A stretch of 64,000 nucleotides of DNA from Vicugna vicugna (lineage: Eukaryota), in contig MU062133.1 in the NCBI GenBank assembly GCA_013265495.1, forward strand, positions 5,037,819 through 5,101,818. Direction: 5' to 3'. The notes under the pieces are model-generated. The model did not search any database. It saw nothing but the letters and a program-made list of their open reading frames with translations, and was not told where the DNA came from. Positions 37,730 to 49,505 of this stretch are shown one piece after another. The position numbers and the translations under genes were made by a program. Positions within the stretch are counted from its first letter, which is position 1, and each line of letters starts with the position of its first letter.

Positions 37730-38235
37730 GCCAGGTGAGACCCTCTGGACTCTGGTTTTCATCCATACACGGATAACTTCTCAACCTCTAGCCCCCAAAT
37801 GGACCTCTCTCTGCAACTCCAGGTCCATAAATCTAAGGGTATTTCCTGCCAGCAGAGCAATTTTGGGAGTATCTTAATATCCTTAAGTTCTTCACTCCCC
37901 CAGTGTCCTCCTCCTTCCTTGTTCAAAGGCATCATTAAATTATGAGCCCCAAACCTGAGTGTCACCTGAGCTTTCTCCATCTACTGCACCCCTTAAATCC
38001 ACTCTCTCACCAAACTTTATCCAGGACTTTCCACCCCTTCCTCGGCCCCACCTCTTCTCTAAGACTTTCTCCTGGCCGAAATCTCTCTTCATCGCCTCTG
38101 GTCACTGTCTTTCGATCTCTGTCGCGTCCCCCTAATCCAACACCAGATACCCCGAGCACCTCGGGTCATGCACCAGACTCCGGGCACGTTATAGGAAATG
38201 TCACGTGTAGAATAAATGCTGGTGAATCAAACCTT
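37730..38235 (+). mobile_element. L2 fragment to 3' end
   Basis: tctcaacctctagcccccaaatggacctctct...ctttatccaggac...agaataaatgctggtgaat. Confidence 0.5.
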
Positions 38236-39329
38236 TTTCATTAGCCTAAAATAAAACAAGAAGAAGAGGAGGAAAGAAGAAGGCTTTGCCCCGACTCGGC
38301 CTGGCTTTCACTCCCCCAGCAGCTGCATTCACACACTGGTCTTGTGGTTCCTCTGCCTCCCTGGGTCGCTGTCAGGTGGTGAGATAGAGACCTCGCAGGT
38401 CAAGGCACAGGGAGGCACCGTGCCGGTGGAAGGAGTCCTTCTGAGAAGTGAAAGTCCCCCGGAGAATCTCACCCGCCCCAGTGCCAGGGACTGACTTGAT
38501 TTGTAAAAGTCTGTTTTTTTCGGATGCTGGGTTTTCTTAAATCGGGACCCACCTGTGCACGAAGGGTATCAAAGGAGGCTTTGGGATGGACGTGTCAAAG
38601 CACGAGAGGTACTACTTCCCAGACCAGATTTATTTGGGAGGGTGTTGGATATCAAAAAATTACAGAAGTACCGAAAAGACCCACATAAGCCATTTCACAC
38701 ACTGAAATCTTGAAGAATTTGAAGCCGAGGGAGGCCGGCATGGTCCATTACATCTCAAGCATCAAAAGGGCCGAGAAACCTCCCCTGAAATTTCAGAGGC
38801 AGGAGTGGCTCTGCTTTTGTCTCCAGTTTCAAAGTGCGCGTCATTGCAGACTGAAGTACTGTTTTAAAATAAAAACCCCGCCTTGACCTCCCAAGCAAGC
38901 GGTGATGACCATCACTGTAAGCGGGGACAGGGAAGGTGGGTGAGGTGGGGGTTTGCTAAGGGCCAGGAGGCGGGGCCCTTGTGGAGGGAGCTGTCTCCCA
39001 GTGGGATGTGGAGTCAGCTGGGTAGAAGGAAGGCTTGTTTTAGTGTAAATGCTTCCCACGCTGGCTGTCAACTTAAAATGGGTGCAATTTTTTACATGGT
39101 ATTCAGAACAGTAAAACCTGACCCGAAGCTCTCTTTCAAGTTTCAGCTCCTCTGAACGCTCTGTACTTGGGTCGCAGCAGAACACGGACAGGGCCAACAG
39201 CTCTGGACTTGTTTCCCGGTTTTTTTCTTTTTTCTTTTTTCTTTTTTGTTCCTGCTGCTGTGCCCTCCCCCTTGCCTCTGCCTTTGGATGTCCTGTCTGT
39301 CTCTCAAGGCCCAAATCAAATAGCATTTC

Positions 39330-40847
39330 CTGGATCACAGGGTAAGTCCATTTTTAGTTTTTTGAGGACCCTCCATACTGTCCTCCATGATGGCTGCACC
39401 AAACTACATTCCCACCAGCAGTGTAGGAGGGTTCCCTTTCCTCCACAGCTTCTCTAGTATTTGTCATTTGTGGATTTTTGAATGACGGCAAGTCTGACTG
39501 GTGTGAGGTGATACCTCACTGTAGTTTTGATTCGCATTTCTCTGATAATTAGCAGTACTGAGCATTTTTTAATGTGCCTATTGGCCATTTAAATGTCCTC
39601 ATTGGAGAATTGCTTGTTTAGGTCTTCTGCCCACTTTTGCATTGGGTTGTTTGTTTGTTTTTTCTGTTTTGTTTCGTTATTAAGTTGTATGAACTGTTTA
39701 TATATTCTGGTAATTAACCCTTTGCCAGTTGCATCATTTGCAAATATTCTCTCCCATTCCATAGGTTGTTATTTTGTTTTGCTTATGGTTTCCTTTGCTG
39801 TGCAAAAGCTTATGAGTTTAATTAAGTCCCATTTGTTAATTTTTGTTTTTATTTCTCTTGCCTGGGTAGACTGCCCTAGGAGAACACTGCTAAGATGTAT
39901 GTCGGAGAATGTTTTGCCTCTGTTTTCTTCTAGGAGGTTTATCTTACGTTTAAGTCTTTAAGCCATTTTGAGTTTATTTTTGTGTATGGTGTGAGGGAGT
40001 GTTCTGACTTCACTGATTTACACGCTGCTGTCCAGTTTTCCCAACACCACCAAAAGACGAGACTGTCTTTTCTCCATTGTATATTCTTGCCTCCTTTGTT
40101 GAAGATTAATTGACCATAGGTGTGTGGGTTTATTTCTGGGCTCTCTATTCTGTTCCATTGATCTGAATATCTGGTATGATCAAGCAATCCCACTCCTGGG
40201 CATATATCTAGAGGGAATTCTAATTTGAAAAGATACATGCACCNNNNNNNNNNNNNNNNNNNNNNNNNNNNNNNNNNNNNNNNNNNNNNNNNNNNNNNNN
40301 NNNNNNNNNNNNNNNNNNNNNNNNNNNNNNNNNNNNNNNNNNNNNNNNNNNNNNNNNNNNNNNNNNNNNNNNNNNNNNNNNNNNNNNNNNNNNNNNNNNN
40401 NNNNNNNNNNNNNNGATCATCATTCTAAGTGAAGTAAGCCAGAAAGGAAAAGAAAAATATCATATATCACTCATATGTGGAATCTAAAAAAAAAGAAAAA
40501 AAGAGGACACTAATGAACTCATTTACATAAGAGAAACAGATTTACAGACATAGTAAACAGTCTTATGGTTGCTGATGAAAGAGAGTGAGAAGGGATAAAT
40601 TTGGGAGTTTGAGATTTGCAAATGTTAGCCTCTCTATATAAAAATAGATTTTAAAAAGAGTTTCTTCTGTATAACACAGGGAACTATATTCAATATCTTG
40701 TAATGATTTTTAATGAGAAAGAATATGAAAATGAATATATGTGTATAACACATGACTGGGACATTGTGCTGTACACCAGAAATTGACACATTGTAACTGA
40801 CTGCACTTCAATTTAAAAAAAAAAGAAAAAAAGAGAGAGAAAAAACC
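39330..40847. mobile_element. 5'-truncated, 5'-inverted LINE-1 (twin-priming structure) with 13-bp TSD
   Basis: TSD caaatagcatttc at 39317-39329 and 40848-40860. Segment 39330-~40168 is ORF2 in antisense ([39 protein letters not shown] in ORF 39939..40238). Segment ~40169-40847 is the sense ORF2 end (tatgatcaagcaatcccactcctgggcatatatc), then 3'UTR and an A-rich tail. Confidence 0.92.
40244..40414. other. Assembly gap, 171 N
   Basis: N run inside the L1 insertion. Confidence 0.99.
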
Positions 40848-41174
40848 CAAATAGCATTTCTTCCCAGAAACCTCTTCCCTGACCCCCAGGCTGAATTGAC
40901 AATCTCCCCTTCTTTGCCATGAATTCCTTTAAGGGCTATGTCTTCTTCATTTTCAGGATGTTACCCATTGCAGCCAGTGCCCACTCCTCCCCACTCAAGT
41001 TCCAAGCACAGGTCCAGCCCACAGCCTCCTCATTTCTGTCCACTGAAATGGAATGGAAGTTTCGATCAGCAGTCACTGCGGAGCAATGACGGTAAGACTG
41101 TCAACTGCAAACAAGCTGAAGACAGGAAGAGTCACTGAGAAGAGGAAGAGGTCGGAGAAAATAAACAAAGTAGA

Positions 41175-41345
41175 GATATTTTGGGGTGCCTGGCTCTATT
41201 GTTTCATGATCCTAATAGATGGCTCTGAGAATCGGATGAAGACCAGCTTTCTTAGAAAAATGCACCCTTGCACAGACCCACATATTTTTGCACATAATTC
41301 CAGGAGGTCCAATACACACAGTGACGCCCAGGAATGGAAACCCCT
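41175..41345 (+). mobile_element. hAT-Charlie MITE remnant (MER5/MER103-like)
   Basis: gagaatcggatgaagacc...agaaaaatgcac...tttttgcacataattccaggaggtcc...aaacccct. Confidence 0.5.
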
Positions 41346-41699
41346 CATTTATTTTAAAATCTCCAATTTCAGTGTATGGACAGCCAGGCAGAATGAGGGA
41401 GGTATTTCCAAGTGCATGGACCACAGACCACACCGAAAGGGAAAAGGAAACAGCACGGGCTGGAGACCTTGGGCAAGTCTTTGCTCTTCTGAATTTGAAT
41501 TTTCCTCCTCTGTAGAATGCAAACCATATTTCCTTGGCAGGGTCGTCATTGGGTAAATAAGATAATGCAGGTAAATCACCCGGTGTGGAATCTGGTATGC
41601 AGCCTCCGGTTACAAGCTCGTTTTCTGCACCTCCTGTCTTGCATATAAAGAATTGCAACCACAAAGCAAACAAGTCATTTCCCTTTCAGCAATAAATTC

Positions 41700-42190
41700 A
41701 GCACGGCTGCTTTGGAGCCAGGAAAGAAAGCGACTCAGACCACACCGGCTCGGCGCAGAGGTGAAGCTGGTGCTGAACGGCTGCTGCGGGCTCGTTCGCG
41801 TGCCTATTAATCATACAACAGCCCACTTACGACAAACACAGGTCACTCCCTTTTCATGACAAGGCCTATGGGTCCACAGAGGCCCATTATCCAAAAAAAA
41901 AAAAAAACCAGAGCATTGTAGGCGACGCGGACGAAGCCGAGTGCACACACACAAGCGGACATTGTGAGGCTGTTTGCACAACCCCGCAGTGCTCCTCGCG
42001 GATTTCCTGCCAAGGAGACATTTCGATCTCAAGGAGGCGGCTGCAGACGTTTGCTCATGCAACATGGCTTCGGGCCGCGGGCTGGGAAAGTCGGGGACGC
42101 GGCGCCCTCTGCTGGCCACCCGCGGAACTGCAGGCGGGGACAGGCGGATGATAACGAGGGATCTCTCAGCATCCGCTCCCTTCTCCCCTT
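41700..42190. promoter_or_regulatory. Intronic CpG-island-like segment
   Basis: About 36 CpG in 480 bp by hand count, GC-rich, non-repetitive. Confidence 0.65.
42102..42133 (-). promoter_or_regulatory. CTCF site: core plus upstream (ZF9-11) module
   Basis: Minus strand CTGCAGTTCC-GCGGG-TGGCCAGCAGAGGGCGC. The core fits CCASYAGRKGGCRS exactly and a TGCAG module sits at the expected spacing. Confidence 0.75.
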
Positions 42191-42739
42191 TCCTTTCCTA
42201 AGGAATGCAGAGCCACTGGCATGAGCTTCGGGGTCTGGAAAGCCTAGTTCCCATCTCATCTGTAACATGTGTTAGTTGCAGGTCAATGTCACCCCTCAGA
42301 TCTTACTTTCCTAGGTGGAGTCCACAGCTCCCATTTGAGTGTGGCAAGGACCAAAGGACATGACACACGGGGCAGGGAGCCCTGTGGAATAAACACCTGT
42401 ACTCCCCTTCTCCACCTGCCTCCAGCAGGGTGGACATCGTCGTCTGGCCTCTGGGACTAGGAAAGGAAATCAACAAGCACCTATCGGTAGGTTTCGGCTT
42501 AAACTACAGCCAGTGTTTAGAGCAGATGTGTGACCTCCTGATGTCTCTCTAACTCTTTTCCAAACTCCTCTCCCTTGCTTTACAGTGTGCGTTCTGTGTT
42601 GGCGAGGGCAGCCTTGACACCCACTATTTCACCCCGCATCTGAAATGCCCCGCCTTCAGGACAGGCTCCACTGAAGGTTGGGGGGGGGTTAGCTGGCAGA
42701 AATTCTCCGCTAAGTTGTCCTTCGCAGGGATAAAAGACA

Positions 42740-42960
42740 GACCACTCTTGGGTTTGAATCCCAGCTCAGCCATTTATTAGCTGGGTGGTCTTAATCAATG
42801 CACTGAACAACATTTACTTAACCTCACAGAGTCTGAGTTTTAACGTGAGTAAAACCAAAATGATTTCAACCTCTGCAAGGTTTTAGAAATAGTAACACAA
42901 CACTTGTAAGCAGTGGGACACATAAATCCCGTAATCACTATTACCATTGTTATTTTTATT
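42740..42960 (+). mobile_element. MIR SINE
   Basis: gggtttgaatcccagctcagccatttattagctgggtggtctt...cttaacctc. Confidence 0.7.
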
Positions 42961-43079
42961 GTTCCGACTTCTGGTGTTAGTTCTGTCCCCCGGCCAGGAA
43001 GAAGAGTTCCTCTTTCCGACACAACTGTTAACCCCTGTGAGGGCTTTAAATACCATCTCAGAGGACGGATGCTGACGGC

Positions 43080-43690
43080 TTCCACGTGTATAACTGTCAC
43101 CCTGACCCTCTCGCTTGAACTCCAGACTCGTTTATCCCATTGACTGCCTGACTTCCAACAGATGCCTCGAACTTAACACATCCAAAATTAAAGTGTTGCT
43201 TTCTCCCCTAGACATCTGCCCCTTCTCCAGTCTTTCTTCTCTCAATAAATGGCAAAACCCATGTTTCCAGACACTCAGTCTAAAAATGTCAGTGGCATCC
43301 TTGGCTTCTCTTTTTCCTCACATCCTATGTCTAAGCTAAAAAGTCCTATCAGCTCCCCTCTTTAAGATATAGCTTGAATTTGCTCATTTCTCACAGCCTC
43401 CGCCATCAAAGCCGTAGACCCAACGCACAAGCCATCGCCAACTCTTGCGAAGTGAGTATCGAACTCACTTCCTGAACAGATCTCCCAGCTCTGCTCTTGC
43501 CCCCTTCCAGCTGCTCAGTTGGTGACCCCTCCAGCAGCTCTCATGAGGTTTTGAAAGTTTCAACATGTCATTCCTCTGATTCAGTCTCTTCAATGGCTTC
43601 TGTTTCACTTAGAGTAAAATACAAGATTCTTAGCACAGTCAGCAAGGCCCAAGATGCCTTGGGACTTCCCTTCCAACAAAACATACGTTT
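43080..43690 (+). mobile_element. L2 fragment
   Basis: gaactccagactcgtttatcccattgactgcctgac...aacttaacacatccaaaatt...ctcttcaatggcttc..cacttagagtaaaatacaag. Confidence 0.7.
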
Positions 43691-45619
43691 CTTCCTCCAG
43701 ATTCACAGGAGGAGAGGCTCTCAGGCCATCTGTCCTCTTGGTCTGACACCACTCTTGTCTGTATAAGAATAGGGAAGAAGTTGTCATTCTAGGGGATGGG
43801 GGGGTGCATGGTCAGTGAGCATGGTTCTTAAGAGGAACACCATGAACTTAGAAAGCAGAAACTGTGTTTTGGGGGAAGCAGAGGGAGAGAAGGTTGGGAG
43901 AATCAGCTGGGGACTTTGAATCCACAAAGCAGGACCAGGGACACTGCAGGGCAGAAATGCCACTTGGTGCCTTGGTTGGGTCAGACAGTTACTGTGTGAT
44001 CCTGGGCTTGAAGGACACAGAAGCTCCCAGTGACTGCAAGTTCTCTGCAAGGCCACTGAGTGCCCAGGGAGGCACAGCTCTTGTCCTAATCTCATTTCAG
44101 CCCCGTATTTGCTACACAGCTTGGGAGAAGGCCATTCCCCTGCTCTGGGCCCCCTCCTGTCCTTCGCCACCCGCCAGGACCGGCTAGATGACCTGGGAAA
44201 TGCCTCCCCATTTCAGCATCCTGAGGTTTCATGCCATGGGAATGTTCAACAGTTTCCCAAAATGTATTCAGCCCACCTAATGCCGAATGCTTAGGAAACA
44301 GAACTGCGTGCACTCCCGGAGAGCATCCCTGGTCGTGGTCCCTGAAGCCCTTTGGAGTTCAAGCTATTTGGGAAGGACGGTGGTGACAGGTTCCCAGCAC
44401 TTTCGCATGCACCACACTATTTCAAAACTGGCCACAGCTGCAATCAGGAAATGCTTATAGAGTTTACCTCTGTGAAAAAGCAGTAAGTCAGAAATCAGGC
44501 AGACCATTTAAACCACTAACGAGAAATTGTCCTCAAGCCCTTGTGCATTTTTGAGGCATCGAACATCACGAAATGCACAGACATGCTAACTAATGTTCAC
44601 ATGCTTGGTAAAGAGGGCCCCACAGTACTTATATTACAAAGGCAGTAATAGTAAAACTGGAAGATGAAGGCACTAGAAGTCGGGGATGATTTGCTAACAC
44701 CAAAGCTATGCCCACTGGCTTTCAAAAAAATTCCAAGAGATGATGAAATGATGCTGTTAATTCTCAAGGCTTTGCAAATCTACTTACTTTGCCCAGGAAA
44801 TGGCAACCGTGGGTTGGAATAAGTAACAAATTCTTTTCAACGTTTCTAGAAATCACCAGTACAACTGAAGATGCTGCTCAGTTGATAAAATGCTATTGGC
44901 CCTGCCAGCTGATCTGTCCACCCACATGTCACGTCACACTGGATTCGATTCAGCTGATCTCCATCTCCACCCACACCCTACAGCCCTCCCTCCCCTGCCA
45001 CTAGCTCCCAAGTTAGAACTGACCTCTTCCTTCCTACGGCCTCAGTATATACACCCTGCATATCCTGTATATATTTCTGTCAAAAACATGACATGCATAC
45101 GTGTCTGCGGAGGGCCCTCACTGCTGAGGTCACACTCAGTGTGGTTGGTGGAGCTGATAGAGCTTGCAGTCTGTGATCTTCAGTGACCTTGAGATCTGTT
45201 GACAGATCCCAGTCTTCTGGTTAGGATGAAGTGACTGGCCCAGTTTTCCTAGGTAACTTTTAAACCTGCCATGAAGGTAGTTCCTGTCAGGCAGACTTAC
45301 CTCCCCCACCAGCCTGGGGCCCGAGGTGCAGCCTGCCCAGTGCTGGGGGGATCCCCAGCCCTCCGCACCTCTCCTGGCAGCCCCCCGAGCCCTCCCCCAG
45401 CACCTCTCTACACTCCTGTCACCCTGCTTACCTGGGTCTGCCTCTCCCCTGGAAAGTGAACACCCCAGCATGGGGACTGGGACTGACTTACGTGTGAATC
45501 CAAAACAGTTTGCTCAGGAAATACACGTTTCTGAATAAATGACAAAGTGAGTGGACAAGAGATGGTGTGGATGCCAAAATCTGGGCCCAGGGACCTCTCG
45601 TCAGAGTGCCAGCCATAAA

Positions 45620-45735
45620 CTCAGAGAGAGGGAAATAGGGAGGGAAGGGGGAAGGGTGAGCGGGAGAGGAGAAACTCCAGAGAGGGAAGGAGGAATGAAA
45701 GGAAGGAAGAAAGGAGGAGAGAGGGAAGGAAAATT
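45620..45735 (+). repeat. GA-rich low-complexity polypurine tract
   Basis: gagagagggaaatagggagggaagggggaaggg...gaaggaagaaaggaggagagagggaaggaaaa. Confidence 0.8.
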
Positions 45736-45779
45736 GTTCCCCCACGTTCACACCTAGTTTGAAAGAGATGCAACCGGCC

Positions 45780-46320
45780 TCAGGCACGTAAAGAAACAGA
45801 CTCACGGGACCTCATGCTATGCTGCGCAGTTGAAAGAAAGAAAACCTGAGTCATCAGAAAAGCAAACTCGGGCCTCAGTGACGCACAAATTAACTTCTGA
45901 ACAAGGCGTCTCCTCCTGCTCCTAGGAGGAGACGGCCAGAGACTCGCTTTCGCACAGGGAGGCCTGTGGCGCCATCTCACGTCCAGGGGCAGAGCTGGGA
46001 GAAGACCAATGTCAGGGACAGGCGGGGCCACGGAACAGCATCTCCTCCCCAAGGCGGGGTGGAATCGCATCGTGCGGATGCTGCGCTTTTAAATCAAAAC
46101 TCCTGCACGGCGAGAACGTGCGTTTTCTGAAGTGGTGTCGCCTCGTCTGGCCTCGGGGCAGGTGGGCGGCAGGGAGAGTCCTGTCCCCGGGGAGGCCTGG
46201 CCCAAGACTCTTGGGTCATCTTTCCTAATATGTATCGTAGCCGACCCGGAGGGCCCTGAAGCTGAAATCTGAAAGACTCCAAAAATGACTTCGCTCCGTC
46301 CCCTGCTTCCCGAATCCTCA
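45780..46320. promoter_or_regulatory. Intronic CpG-rich, promoter-like segment
   Basis: About 33 CpG in 540 bp by hand count; CCAAT at 46006-46010 and GC boxes at 46021-46028 and 46052-46060. Confidence 0.5.
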
Positions 46321-49299
46321 TTCTCAGACGATCAGGGAAGTAGCAGCTGCTGATGGGGTGTCAACCCCGCACACAGTGCCGTTTCAAGTGCCGTCCACGA
46401 ATGATCTCATTTAAAGCCCATCCCATAATAACCCTCCAAAGGAGATGAGCTGTTTGGCTTTACGAGTTACTGAAGTGATGCACTTCTGCTAAAACACAGT
46501 GTTTCTTCGGGCAAATGTACCAGCTTGCAGTTACGTACTTTCTCCTCTAAGAGGCGTGATCATCTCACGGTAAAAATGCCGGTCAGCGCAGCTACTTAGT
46601 ATAAAAGCAGAAGTTTGTAAAAAGAACAAAGCAGAGGGATCAATTTCAACGCCCTGAATATATTCTAAACGTTGTTCCTCTTAGTAATCAAAAGGGTGCA
46701 AATTCACAGCTGCAGTAGCCAAAGCTTACTTAACACAGTAACGCACTTCATTCCTGTTCAAGGTCAGTTCAAAAGCACTGGTCTTGACCACTTTGCCAGA
46801 AATGGAGCCCTGACATTAAGGAGAGAAAAATTAATAGATTCATTTGGCTTAGTCATTATTCTCCCCAGCCCCTTTTGCTAATTCCTTGAATCACGTTTTC
46901 CACCGAGAAAAACATCTGTCTTGTGGCTGAATCAACTTGACTCGAGTTGCAAAATGTAAAGAGTAAAAGAAAGAAAGAAAAGGTTGAAATCCTCTCCAAG
47001 CTCATCGAAATGAATTTAGACAGCTCATTTTGGTGATGATCCACTTAAAATTATATTTGTGATCTGGGAAATACTTTGGAAAGGCAAATTAAGAGAGTGG
47101 GAGACCCTCCATCAGCAATCTGTACCCCCAACCCTGTACATTTACAGACAGATGGGCGTCCGGAAGTTCAGTGTTGCTTTCAGAGAGGACGCTCCTGCCG
47201 GAAACCCGAATACACAGAGAAGGCGGCACAGTCACCGTGGAACTTCCCTGTTTGGACTGATCCAGCAAGACCACAATTAAAGCAAACAAACAAACTCACC
47301 AAGTTTATCTCCAGATTTATGTGGAAGTCCAGCCCTGCTCCGGATGACTCAACCATGCACTGTCCTGGTTTAAACTTCACCCTGCAGCTGGCGTTCCCAG
47401 GCTGGTATCTGTGGCCGCAAGTGACTAAATTTGAAAGCTGTGCCCTGCATCTGCACTAGGGCACCCGGTCCTCATGGACAGATCAAGTGCTGTTTAGGCT
47501 GTTTCTAAATTCCACTTGAAGATAGCAAATTGTTATTCAAGCACTAGGGCTGGGGCTGCCTGGCAGTTCCCACCAGCTGAGAACCCAGCTAAACAGATTA
47601 ATCTCAGGTCATTCGGTGGCGTGGAGAGTGGAGTGTGGGAAACACACTGCAGAGACAGTGGAGGCTCACCTCTCACTTACCAGCCTATGGCCTTGGCCGT
47701 GAGGTTGAGAACCAATGTGCTAGACTAAGGATGTGTTCCAGTGTCAAATCCACTTTTCATCCCGTAGCTCACAAGTAAATGGTTGTTTTTAGAATTGATG
47801 GATTTAAGAGAAATGAAATCAGGACTTCCCATTGTATGGGTTTCACATTCATTTTGTCTTGGGAGTGAGTTCATTTATGGGTGTCAGCTGGCACAAACCA
47901 AGGCTCAAAAAGGAAGCAGGGAGAGCATTTCGTAAGCCCCCAGTGTGGACCAGGCTTTGTGCTGAGTGCCTGTCATACAGGATCAGAATCCCGAAGGCTG
48001 GGGCTGCATGATTACAATGTCTTTACTCTTTCCATTCTCCCAGCCTTGGTTTACTCATCTGAAAAAAGGATCAGACAGAAGCTAGACCGGATGACCTCAC
48101 AGATCCCTCGAAACTGTTAGCTTCCATGAAATTTCCAAGGCAAAAAACGCTCTCTGTAAATCTTTGTTAAAATAGAAAACCCAGGTGTTAAATGCAACAT
48201 TTGCTTACTTGCGACAAAAAAGCAAAAAACAAAAACCAGAAAACAATCAACCCATTGTATGCAGCAATTAATTAACGTGACTCACTAATGTCTTGTCCGT
48301 TACAGACCAGGCATCTCTCGGAACCAACACCGGCAGCTCCCATTGGGCTCTGCCCAGAATGTTAGCAACTCAGGGCTGTCCCTCCTGGGGCGTGACCCAG
48401 AAGATGCTCGGGGCGCACATGGCAGGCACCCCCTTCCTACCCTGCGCCGGGGCCGCAGGTTGGCATGGTGACGTCCGAGACAGTCCTCACTGGATTCCTC
48501 CCTTCCCTTTCACGCTATTCTCACTGTGTGAGATCTTGCTCCAGAAGAACAGAGAAATCCTGAGGGCGAGGTCTGATGTCAGGGCAGAACAAGCCAGTCT
48601 TTGTCAGGCCCTTCAAGGAGGAGGCCCGACCAGGGCTCCCGGGACGCACACAGAGGGGCCTGTGCTCGCTCTGCCTGGAGCGGCAGGGCGGCTCTGAGCT
48701 GCGCTGTGGGGGCCCTCCGCTGGCCCAACCCGAGCCCTCTTCCTCGCGGACACCAGAGCCAGGCAAAGTGGAGGATCTCCACCTGGCACCCGCAGGCATT
48801 CCACACAGAAAAGGGTAAGGCAGAGCTTACCGCCCACAGAGACACCAAAAATCACCCCCAAGACATCCCACCCCCTTCAGCTCTCCTCCTAGTCTCCCAT
48901 TCAGCACGGCAACCTCTCCCTAAGTCATCCTTAGTTCACTCCTCCATCCTCTCTCAACCCACTGTCTGCGCACCCCCGCTCCTGCCTCCATCTCCTCCTT
49001 GCCACCCCCTCCACTCCAGACCCCCCAGTGCCTCCGAGAAGCCATTGGTTCAGGGAACTCTCCAGCCTCCGGTCTCCTAAAAGGCCTGGCTTGTTCTAAC
49101 GGCACCGGAGTCCCACACTAGTGATGTCTGACTGCGTCTGCCATGTTGCCGATCCAGCTTTGAGACCCCATCACCTTGACTAGTTCTGCACACAGGAGAG
49201 GTCTAGTAAACAGCCTTCAAACGCCTGGACCCACAGCACATCCCAGAAACTGACTTTGAATAGAACAGTCAAGTGAGGCTTTAGATCAAAGGAAAAACA

Positions 49300-49505
49300 G
49301 CGAAGAACGCTTGCTGAGCCCTTACCACGTGCCAGCCCCACTCTGCGCCCTGCTGTGCATGAACTTGTGTCGTGATCAGAGCAGCCCTGTGAGGCAGGAC
49401 TGCTGGCTCTCCTCACTCTGGAGATGAGGAAGGTGGAGGAGAAAGGTCCAGCCAACCTGAGCTCCCCACAGGTGGATCCCAGCCCCGGCATCCGGCTTCA
49501 GTCTG
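49300..49505 (-). mobile_element. MIR SINE
   Basis: gagcccttaccacgtgccagccc...cagccctgtgaggcagg...gatgaggaagg..aggagaaagg. Confidence 0.55.

Noticed and set aside
39593-40238. 122-aa and 99-aa ORFs
   Set aside because: Antisense and sense readings of a decayed L1 ORF2 fragment, not host genes.
46600-46607. TATAAAAG as an antisense TATA box
   Set aside because: The same octamer occurs elsewhere (e.g. ~248, ~23491, ~31191) with no promoter context, so it is non-specific.
47300-47455. Alternative candidate 5'UTR exon with a TTG|GTGAGT donor
   Set aside because: The acceptor lacks a polypyrimidine tract; 55592-55746 has much better sites.
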